Origin: Bdellovibrionota bacterium
GTDB lineage: Bacteria > Bdellovibrionota_C > UBA2361 > OMIW01
Length of the DNA stretch: 13,412 nt
Assembly (NCBI GenBank): GCA_044345055.1
Contig: JBIJBT010000075.1
Location: 1-13,412 of the forward strand
Direction: 5' to 3'
The notes beneath the pieces are model-generated. The model had not been told where the DNA came from. It ran no database searches and was given only the letters and a program-made list of their open reading frames with translations. The position numbers and the translations under genes are program-made. Below are positions 1-7,411 of this stretch, in pieces (position 1 is the first letter of the stretch; each line of letters begins with the position of its first letter).

Positions 1-1
1 A

Positions 2-829
2 AAGCCTTCCCTGAGAACTCGAGTTTCTTGTGAGACTGCGTGCGCGCTTCTTGGGGCTCATCCTGTAATCTTGCGCGGAGATGAACTCCACCTGCATCGG
101 GGTGAAACGGCTGCCGACTGTGCTCAAGTTTTGTCAGGATATCTTGATCTTCTGATGGGCCGGGTGATTTTTCATCAACTTCTGGTCGATCTCGCCTCAG
201 TCAACGCCCTTCCGGTTGTAAATGGACTCTGCAATTCCTTTCATCCGCTCCAGGCACTTGCTGATATGCTCACGATTTTTGATTCTTTCAACGGTCGAAT
301 GAGGCAGGTGCGAATTACTTATCTTGGGGATGGAAATAATGTCGCAACTTCTCTGATGATAGCAGGAGCGATGCTTGGGCTCTCTGTTACTATTGCATCA
401 CCAGAGGGGTACGAAGTTCCCGCAGCTCTGGTGGCGATGTCGCAGCGTTTTGCGGCGGAATCGGGTGGTAGTGTTAATATCGAGGGAGACCCGGCGCGTG
501 CCGTTGCAAATGCGCAGCTGCTCTACACCGATGTGTGGACCTCAATGGGTGATGAAGGGGAAGAGGAATATCGGCGAGATGTATTTACACCTTATCAGAT
601 AAATCGGGAGCTTCTCAGTCGAGCACCATCTGATGCTCTTATTCTTCATTGTCTTCCTGCACATTTCGGTGAAGAGATAACCCGAGATGTATTCGACAGC
701 CCGCAAAGCCGAGTCGTTTCTCAGGCTCACAATCGGCTCCCAACTGCCGCTGCGGTTTTTCTTTTTTTGCTACAGAGAGAGGGGTTTTATCAGCTTCGGA
801 AACAGTATGGGGATTCGGGGTTAAGTTGA
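2..829 (+). CDS. argF: Ornithine carbamoyltransferase, 5'-truncated by the window edge
   Basis: The frame is open from nt 2 and reads KPSLRTRVSCE (carbamoyl-phosphate-binding SxRT loop) upstream of the listed TTG at 71, so the true start lies outside the window. It also has HPLQALAD (HPxQ), GDGNNVA, YTDVWTSMG (OTC SMG loop), HCLPAH-GEEI and QAHNR. Confidence 0.93.
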   Translation, partial: KPSLRTRVSCETACALLGAHPVILRGDELHLHRGETAADCAQVLSGYLDLLMGRVIFHQLLVDLASVNALPVVNGLCNSFHPLQALADMLTIFDSFNGRMRQVRITYLGDGNNVATSLMIAGAMLGLSVTIASPEGYEVPAALVAMSQRFAAESGGSVNIEGDPARAVANAQLLYTDVWTSMGDEGEEEYRRDVFTPYQINRELLSRAPSDALILHCLPAHFGEEITRDVFDSPQSRVVSQAHNRLPTAAAVFLFLLQREGFYQLRKQYGDSGLS

Positions 830-925
830 GTGGGGAGGTTTTTTTAAGTTTAGGGGCGATAGTTGGGGATTGGGGCCGAGGGGCAGAGTTTGATGGGTGT
901 AGTGAGAGAAATAGGTGGGTGAAGA

Positions 926-2848
926 ATGCAACAGGTTTCTGATAGCCCGTTAAGTGAGGAGCTAAGATATGGGTCTTCATTTCAACGCACCTACGAATCA
1001 AATTTACCCGCCGCTCCCACTCAATCAAACTGCGGTATCTCACTTCATCTTCATCGTGATGCCGGCATATCCGCGGAACGATTCCAAAAGGATACCCCGC
1101 CATTTTCGATCGCGCTGAATGGAGTCGTAAATAGTGGACCATTTTTTGGTGGTCGCGGGCCGCGCCAGATTTTTTCTAATGAAGTAGTAGATCCGATCTC
1201 TACCCGAACGAGCTCTTTCCAGGTCTGGGTTGCTATCAAAATGGGGCTTGCTGATGCCTTTAATAAAGATGGCGCTCCGCAAATGGAGATCTTTTTAAAG
1301 CAATGCGATCCATATACTGCCTTGTCAGTATGGCTATTGAGAAATTCCGAAAAGTGTATCGAGAAAAAAACAAGAGATCAGGTCGAACGTTTGGTTTATG
1401 CGCTTGATGAGCTTCGGTATGAGCGTGAAATCAACTCACTAAATACAAGCCCAAATATTCTAGAACAGATATATTCGATTTTTGAGCAGGCTGATTCTCC
1501 GTTATCCTCAAATGATAATTCTTCAGAAAAAAGAGACGAAGAGATTATCTCGAAGATTAATCAGATAGGGGAGGGAATTACGAGGTTTGTTGAAGGTTCG
1601 GGGGAGATCGGAGAAAAAGAGGATCGCCCAAAGTGTCTTGTCAGCGAATCAGTTAGTGAATTTTTAAGGTTTGGTCAGAACGGTAAAATCGAGCCGAACC
1701 TTTCGGTTAGTCTCTCTCAATATACACCGAATAGCCCCGATGAATTTGTTACACAGATCGCATCAGGTATCAATCTACATGTTAAACCACGGCATGTTTA
1801 CCGGTTCGACGAATTTATAGAGCAAAGCCCTGCATACTCAGTGGGGTTAGATGGAACGGTTTACGGACCTTCCTGTAAGGATAAAATTGGATTACACCTA
1901 AATGTCAATCATCACGAAGAAGTAGACCGGTTCGCTACTCGAAGTACAGCTCAGCAGATCTTTCTCTTATCAAAGCTCGGACGTTTTCGTGAGTTCCCCG
2001 GTTCGAATGATCTTCAAATGCATTTTCATGTGAACGATCCGGACGAGGATGTGTGTCTTGCGGTTTGGTTACTTAAAAATCAGGACAAGATCGAGGATCC
2101 ATGGCTCAAAGATAAAATTGAAATTCTTGTCCGTACCGCCGAACTTCTCGATGCAACCGCAGGAGCTTTTCCTTTTGATCCCGATTCAGAGATTATGCGC
2201 AAGATCTCATGGATATTTGAGCCTTATAATGAGGCACGAAAGGCAAGCAAAATTTCGGAAATGAAAGGCGAAGATATGGCGTCGCTGATCGAAAAGGTCG
2301 GAGAGAGGATTACTGAATACGTGTATGGTGAAGGAGAAAAAAAACAACTCCAAATGCATTATGAAACAGTCGATCAAGGTCAGGGATGGAGTCTACTGCA
2401 AGAGACACGCGATACAGGTTCAGCGGGTAGAATTGGATTCTTCAACCATGGTGGAAGGGCATTTTGCTCTTATCGAGAAGTCAACGTTGATGGTGGTGAA
2501 AAACGCTATGCCTATTCACTTTGTAGATTCTCCCCCTATATCACCGGCTTTCCGTTAGACGAATTTTATTATCTGCTGAACAGAGTAGAGGGGTCGGAAC
2601 ACAGCGCTAATGATTCATGGGGTGGAGGCGATAGCACTGGAGGTTCACCGAGAAAATCACTGAGTAAATTGGCACCCCAACAATTTAAGAGCATTATAGA
2701 TAGCTACCTCGGCTTTAGAGATCGAGCCCTTGAATCCGGAGAAAGCGGGGAGGAAATTGTCGATCTCTACCTCGAGAAACACCAAAACTTTATCGAACAG
2801 GTAAAGTCGGGCAGTATACCGAAAGATCCACCCATCCTCGCTGATTAA
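926..2848 (+). CDS. Uncharacterised 640-aa protein with two tandem copies of a DHH/MYG1-like phosphoesterase module (N-terminal copy degenerate) and a DHHA1-like C-terminal region
   Basis: Long ORF with a purine-rich stretch (AGGTGGGTG) before the ATG. The C-terminal half has LDG(308-310), NHH(328-330), NDPDED(370-375), LLD(407-409) and WGGGDSTGGSPR(565-576). aa 37-227 aligns by eye to aa 281-471. Coding status is confident; the family assignment is inference. Confidence 0.6.
   Translation: MQQVSDSPLSEELRYGSSFQRTYESNLPAAPTQSNCGISLHLHRDAGISAERFQKDTPPFSIALNGVVNSGPFFGGRGPRQIFSNEVVDPISTRTSSFQVWVAIKMGLADAFNKDGAPQMEIFLKQCDPYTALSVWLLRNSEKCIEKKTRDQVERLVYALDELRYEREINSLNTSPNILEQIYSIFEQADSPLSSNDNSSEKRDEEIISKINQIGEGITRFVEGSGEIGEKEDRPKCLVSESVSEFLRFGQNGKIEPNLSVSLSQYTPNSPDEFVTQIASGINLHVKPRHVYRFDEFIEQSPAYSVGLDGTVYGPSCKDKIGLHLNVNHHEEVDRFATRSTAQQIFLLSKLGRFREFPGSNDLQMHFHVNDPDEDVCLAVWLLKNQDKIEDPWLKDKIEILVRTAELLDATAGAFPFDPDSEIMRKISWIFEPYNEARKASKISEMKGEDMASLIEKVGERITEYVYGEGEKKQLQMHYETVDQGQGWSLLQETRDTGSAGRIGFFNHGGRAFCSYREVNVDGGEKRYAYSLCRFSPYITGFPLDEFYYLLNRVEGSEHSANDSWGGGDSTGGSPRKSLSKLAPQQFKSIIDSYLGFRDRALESGESGEEIVDLYLEKHQNFIEQVKSGSIPKDPPILAD
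1034..2338 (+). repeat. Protein-level tandem repeat: copy 1 nt 1034-1606 (aa 37-227), copy 2 nt 1766-2338 (aa 281-471)
   Basis: Collinear matches at a 244-245 aa offset: GISLH/GINLH, PPFSIALNG/PAYSVGLDG, VDPISTRTSSFQV/VDRFATRSTAQQI, PQM/LQM, LSVWLLRN/LAVWLLKN, DQVERLV/DKIEILV, IYSIFE/ISWIFE, IGEGITRFVEGSGE/VGERITEYVYGEGE. Confidence 0.9.
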
Positions 2849-2950
2849 GATCATCAAATATATTAAATTACCCCTCACCCTCAAGAAACCCGAGTCCTGT
2901 CGACAACCCAACGAAAAATTCGATCTACCCCCAACACCGAGAATAAAAAT

Positions 2951-4189
2951 ATGTCTGATAAAGCACATAAAATTGCGTGGATGACCACGATAGTAGCGGC
3001 TCTTGGATATTTTGTTGATGTTTATGATCTCGTTCTCTTTTCAGTTGTGCGAGTGGCGAGCCTTCAGGCGCTTGGTCTGACGGGTGAAGAGGTAAAGTCC
3101 GCCGGCATGATGCTGCTCAATATTCAGATGGCGGGGATGCTTGTGGGTGGGGTTTTTTGGGGGATTATGGGGGACAGAGTTGGTCGGTGTGCTGTGCTCT
3201 TTGGATCTATTGCGTGCTACTCGCTTGCAAATATCGCAAATGCGTTTGTTGGTGACCTGTTTACATACGGAGTAATTCGGTTTATCGCGGGGGTCGGTCT
3301 TGCGGGGGAGTTGGGGGCGGGTACTACTCTTGCTGTTGAGCTATTGCCGCCGCGAGTACGAGGATACGGCACGACTCTTATTGCCTCGGTTGGCGTTCTT
3401 GGGGCGATCCTTGCCTCGGTCGTTGCGGGTGTTGTTGATTGGCGTTTGTCTTATTGCATCGGTGGTGTGCTCGGGCTTCTTCTCCTTGCTGCGCGGATAT
3501 CGACCCATGAATCAACGCTTCATCAACAAGTCGAGCTTGCTCATCGGCGAGTAGGAACCGTTGCGAGCCTAATGTTGAAACCGGGTCGATTTCGGAAAAT
3601 GATGGGGTGTGTATTTGTTGGTGTTCCGATCTGGTTTGCCGTAGGAGTTCTCATCACTTTTGCTCCTGAGCTTGGTCAGGAGATATTTGGTGGAGAGGCA
3701 AAGGCGAGGTATTCAGTTCTTTTTGGGTATATCGGTTTTTTTTGTGGCGATGTTCTTTCCGGTCTGATGAGTCAGCTGTTGCGTAGCCGAAAGCGGGTAA
3801 TATTTCTCTTCATGACCGCAGGATTTATTTTTTCGGCGGCTTATCTTTGGTTGCCCACCGGTGCAAATCAGCTTTATGGCTGGGCCTTGGCGGTTGGCTT
3901 CTCAATGGGTTACTGGGCAGTGCTTATAACGACCGCAGCGGAGCAGTTTGGAACAAATGTGCGGGCAACGGTCGCGACGGTAGTTCCCAATTTTATAAGA
4001 GGCGCCGTTATCCCACTCACGACAGCTGTGATGGTGTTACAACCCTTTTTCGGCGAGCGCCCACTGGTGTGGAGCAGTTCGATTGTTGGGGTTTTTTGTT
4101 ATATCGCTGCGCTCTTTGGCTTGGCGAGTCTTCGGGAGACCTTTGGAGTATCCCTTGATTATGTTGAGGAGGAGGATCGTGGCTCGTAG
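2951..4189 (+). CDS. Major facilitator superfamily transporter (~12 TM), substrate unknown
   Basis: 412 aa and highly hydrophobic, with TM1 GYFVDVYD, MFS motif A GIMGDRVGR, RFIAGVGLAGE, ELLPPRVRG and AEQFGTNVRAT. Confidence 0.93.
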   Translation: MSDKAHKIAWMTTIVAALGYFVDVYDLVLFSVVRVASLQALGLTGEEVKSAGMMLLNIQMAGMLVGGVFWGIMGDRVGRCAVLFGSIACYSLANIANAFVGDLFTYGVIRFIAGVGLAGELGAGTTLAVELLPPRVRGYGTTLIASVGVLGAILASVVAGVVDWRLSYCIGGVLGLLLLAARISTHESTLHQQVELAHRRVGTVASLMLKPGRFRKMMGCVFVGVPIWFAVGVLITFAPELGQEIFGGEAKARYSVLFGYIGFFCGDVLSGLMSQLLRSRKRVIFLFMTAGFIFSAAYLWLPTGANQLYGWALAVGFSMGYWAVLITTAAEQFGTNVRATVATVVPNFIRGAVIPLTTAVMVLQPFFGERPLVWSSSIVGVFCYIAALFGLASLRETFGVSLDYVEEEDRGS

Positions 4190-4192
4190 CTG

Positions 4193-4966
4193 CTAACGAT
4201 TCGGATGAATCTGACTTTCGAATTGAGGGCGGCCATCCATTGGTGATAGATCGCTTCTTCCGTTTCCAATCTGGATCAGTAATTCATGAAGATGTAACGC
4301 GAGGTGTTCGAGTACCTTGGGGAGATTGTATAGAGGAACCTCTACCATACCTGTTAGAGTAGGTCCTGCAGCGGGCGAAAGCTGTAAAGTACCTTGCAAT
4401 AGCTCCAAAGCTGCCCACGTGCTCGCTATTGATCGTTGTGAAAGAAGGACACGTACCTCTTCGATAAGTGGGCCTAAAGTCTCTCGCAGTTGCACCAACA
4501 TGAAGTAGTGCATAATCTTTGTAGTGGTGACTGAGCTGATAATCAAAGGGGGAAACTTCTGCTCGAGTTCGAGCAGGTAATCATCGAGAGCATTGTTATA
4601 GTGACTTAGCTCCTCGAGGACTTCTGAGAGATAGTCACTTACCTCAGCGATTCTTCTTCGATTGATTCCCCAAGAGATCGCAGTTCCCGCGGCGATTACA
4701 AGGGTGGCGGTCGCGAGGATGATTGATATTTCTGAGGCAGAGACCCCATCGTCGAGTTTAATGCCGATAGCGGGGAGCAGAATACCAACGAGAAATATAG
4801 CGCCGGTTAAATTTAACATGAGGCCAGTCGGGGAAACGCCGAGAGAGTCGAACCGAGAGAAGTGAACCTGGGTGAGGAGCGCGTCGTTGTTGGGGTCGAT
4901 AGGCTCTTCGCAAATAGCTGAAAAATCACCCAAGAACCTAACTCTCTTTTCTGCAGGATTTTGCAT
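4193..4966 (-). CDS. Hypothetical membrane protein (two predicted TM helices followed by a Leu/Glu-rich helical domain)
   Basis: 257-aa ATG ORF that fills the gap and ends 3 bp from the convergent MFS stop. Hydrophobic segments are LMLNLTGAIFLVGILLPAIGI and ISIILATATLVIAAGTAISWGI, the latter followed by RRR (positive-inside). Confidence 0.75.
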   Translation of the reverse strand: MQNPAEKRVRFLGDFSAICEEPIDPNNDALLTQVHFSRFDSLGVSPTGLMLNLTGAIFLVGILLPAIGIKLDDGVSASEISIILATATLVIAAGTAISWGINRRRIAEVSDYLSEVLEELSHYNNALDDYLLELEQKFPPLIISSVTTTKIMHYFMLVQLRETLGPLIEEVRVLLSQRSIASTWAALELLQGTLQLSPAAGPTLTGMVEVPLYNLPKVLEHLALHLHELLIQIGNGRSDLSPMDGRPQFESQIHPNR

Positions 4967-5416
4967 GGCACGAGTTTAAATTTCCGAGAAGCTCCGCCAA
5001 CTCCGGAAAGAGTCTACTAATCTCAATCCGTAAAAGGGGACCTCGGCACCGTTTAATGAGAACCTACTTCGAATCCTCTGAATCCGCCTTCGGCATTAGA
5101 TAGGAAACACTTGAGAAAACTAATCATTAAAATTTTTGTTCGATGTAAATAATCAGATGATGTAGGAAGATTTGGGGTGTCAGAAACAGTAACTGCTGCG
5201 TTTACGTCGTTATTTTAGAAAGTTAGGTGTTTTACTGCCGCAGGACTTCATCGGTCACACCTGAGATGGGCTGTAGCAATTATTGAAGTTTAAGATGCTG
5301 AATAATTAGGATTAGATGTTATTTTGATGACCCAGCTACCCAAAAATGCGAGATTCTTTCGGTTGCGGTAACCGCTCCAAGATCGTCAGCCGTTTTTTGC
5401 TCAAAAGTTACGTTAG
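4967..5416. promoter_or_regulatory. AT-rich divergent intergenic region, expected to hold promoters for both flanking genes
   Basis: 450 bp with no ORF of 60 aa or more in the track, between divergent starts. One weak sigma70-like candidate on +: TTGAAG(5283)-N18-TAGGAT. Confidence 0.45.
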
Positions 5417-7339
5417 ATGAAAAGAAAAACCGGATACACCTCTTCCAAAATTAAAGCTCCGGTATCTCCTGAGCTCGTTCTCCTTGCCGCGCTTATCCTT
5501 GGGATTGCGATATCTCTCGGAGATATTCATTTTTTCTCGCGGGGGGAGGGGCGAGAGGCGCTTAATGCTTTGAGTGCGCTTCGGGGAGAGTGGTTACTTC
5601 CTCGTGGGTATGGTGGGGTGGTGGCTTCGAAACCTCCGCTTCTGCACTGGATGATCGCTGCGTTTGGGTGGTGGAATGGCTCGATTTCAGAGATGGCAGC
5701 GCGGCTTCCTTCGTTTCTTGCCGCCGGGGGAGTTACCTGGTTTCTTCTTCGGAGAGTTCCGACATCCCGCCGTTGGTTTGTTGCCCTTGTGCTTGTTTCA
5801 TCCTTTGAGTGGGTACGGGCAGCCGTTTCGTGTCGGGTTGATATGGTTCATGCGGCATTCCTTGGGGGCGCTCTACTACTATGGCCAACGCTTCGCACGT
5901 CCAAAAAAGGGACAACTCCGCTTCTGGTTTTGGGGGGACTCCTTACCGCAGCCTCAACCCTCGCGAAGGGGCCTGTAGCGCTTGCTCTTTCGTCGCTCGT
6001 TTTTCTCGGCTGGTTCTGGATTGAGGAGCGAAAGCTCGGAGTGTCGATCGCGCTCTTTTTGCGACGATTTAGTATCTGGCAGGGAGTTGCTTTTTCGGTG
6101 GCGGGTTTCTGGTACGGGGCCGCTTTTATTCTTGGGGGAGATGAGTTCCGGGATACTGTACTGAGCGAGAATGTGGGTCGATTTACCAGTACGATGAAGG
6201 TTGTTCCGCATCAACATGGTGTGTGGTACCTCGCAGCGACTCTGGCGGCTGGTCTACTTCCCTGGACAATTGTGATGTTAAGGGCCGCTCTCCGCCCGTT
6301 GCGGAGCGAATTTAGTGTGGGAGGTGAGGCTGCTAAACCCCGTGAGTGGCGGCTTGTTTCTCGGCTTCGGCGAGGGCGTGCGTTTTTGCAGGCACAGATC
6401 GCTGCTCTCCCAGCACTCGACCGATACGCACTTTTGGTTGGTGCGCTTGTGTTTGCGTTTTACTCGATCCCCGGGAGCAAGCGTGGGGTCTACCTTCTCG
6501 TGGGATATCCCTTTTATGCGATTATCATCGGCCGGCTAATCGAGCGAGGTCTTGCGGGTCGCGATGGAGTAGCGCTCCGACGATGGTTTTCTGGTGCGTT
6601 GCTTGGGCTGACCGGTATTCTCATAATCCTCTCGCTGCTTTCTGGGATTATCCTCATGGTTGAAGGGGTCTGGGTTACGAGTCCTTTTTTTGCGGGAATA
6701 ACGGGAGGAGGTATTCCGCAATGGGTTCATCGTGTGCTTGTCCTCTTGTTTGAGATGGGAGTTGGTAGTGGGCGAATTTTGGGGTTAATGGCTTTGGCGG
6801 TAGGGGCGTTTTACGGCTGGTATCTCTGGAGAATGCCTGCTGATGCGGAGGCTGCGGGGAGCTATCAGGGCGTCGCGGGTTCTCTAGCTCCTCAATCGCG
6901 GGCGCTTGGGATAGAGGGTCTTCGGGCCTCCGTCTCGTCTCATCGAATTGGAGCGATGCGGAGCGTTATCTGCTGTCTTACGATCATCCTGATTGTACAG
7001 ACTAATGTGCAGACTCCTTTGTCTATCTCCTGGTCGGAGCGGCTGATTGCGGAGCAAATACGGCTCGTTGTTCCACCCGAAGCGCCTCTCGTCTCTTGGC
7101 ATCGGGACTTTTATGGGGCAAGCTTATACGCCGAACGTCGGATAACGGGGGCAGACCCGGTGCCCCGTGAAGGTGAGTATTGTGTGGTCAGGGGTGGAGA
7201 TTTGGAGGAGTTGCGCAGCGAGCTTCCAAAACCGCTTCAGCCAAATTTTGTAGCTCAAATCGTTCGTGGTTTCGGCGGCAGCGATACGGTGCTTATTGTA
7301 AAAATTGAACCTCCGGGGGCTGGCCTCGGTTCGGTTTAA
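5417..7339 (+). CDS. ArnT/PMT-like GT-C membrane glycosyltransferase (GT83/GT39-type, lipid-linked sugar donor)
   Basis: Polytopic 640-aa protein with FFSRGEGREA in the first loop, SKPPLLHW, ARLPS, RVDM, LAKGP, HGVWY and SKRGVYLL, and a soluble C-terminal domain. Confidence 0.87.
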   Translation: MKRKTGYTSSKIKAPVSPELVLLAALILGIAISLGDIHFFSRGEGREALNALSALRGEWLLPRGYGGVVASKPPLLHWMIAAFGWWNGSISEMAARLPSFLAAGGVTWFLLRRVPTSRRWFVALVLVSSFEWVRAAVSCRVDMVHAAFLGGALLLWPTLRTSKKGTTPLLVLGGLLTAASTLAKGPVALALSSLVFLGWFWIEERKLGVSIALFLRRFSIWQGVAFSVAGFWYGAAFILGGDEFRDTVLSENVGRFTSTMKVVPHQHGVWYLAATLAAGLLPWTIVMLRAALRPLRSEFSVGGEAAKPREWRLVSRLRRGRAFLQAQIAALPALDRYALLVGALVFAFYSIPGSKRGVYLLVGYPFYAIIIGRLIERGLAGRDGVALRRWFSGALLGLTGILIILSLLSGIILMVEGVWVTSPFFAGITGGGIPQWVHRVLVLLFEMGVGSGRILGLMALAVGAFYGWYLWRMPADAEAAGSYQGVAGSLAPQSRALGIEGLRASVSSHRIGAMRSVICCLTIILIVQTNVQTPLSISWSERLIAEQIRLVVPPEAPLVSWHRDFYGASLYAERRITGADPVPREGEYCVVRGGDLEELRSELPKPLQPNFVAQIVRGFGGSDTVLIVKIEPPGAGLGSV

Positions 7340-7411
7340 AGCCCAATTTATTGGGGCTCTGTTCGAAAAAATTTGGAAATTAATCAGCTATTCGGAAAGG
7401 CAAAAAAGCGT

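Noticed and set aside
830..2950. Insertion sequence or transposon around the 640-aa gene
   Set aside because: No transposase or integrase motifs, terminal inverted repeats or target-site duplication; only compositional symmetry.
4966..4980. Sigma54 -24 box TGGCACG on the + strand
   Set aside because: The -12 position reads TTAA rather than TTGC, and the site overlaps the start codon of the opposite-strand gene.
4995..5050. c-di-GMP-I riboswitch-like GAAAGAGT hairpin
   Set aside because: The flanking GGCAAAC and GGGACGCAAA consensus elements and the second stem are missing.
7340..7359. Hairpin AGCCCAA-TTTA-TTGGGGCT after the glycosyltransferase stop
   Set aside because: Short bulged stem with no good U-tract; too weak to call a terminator.
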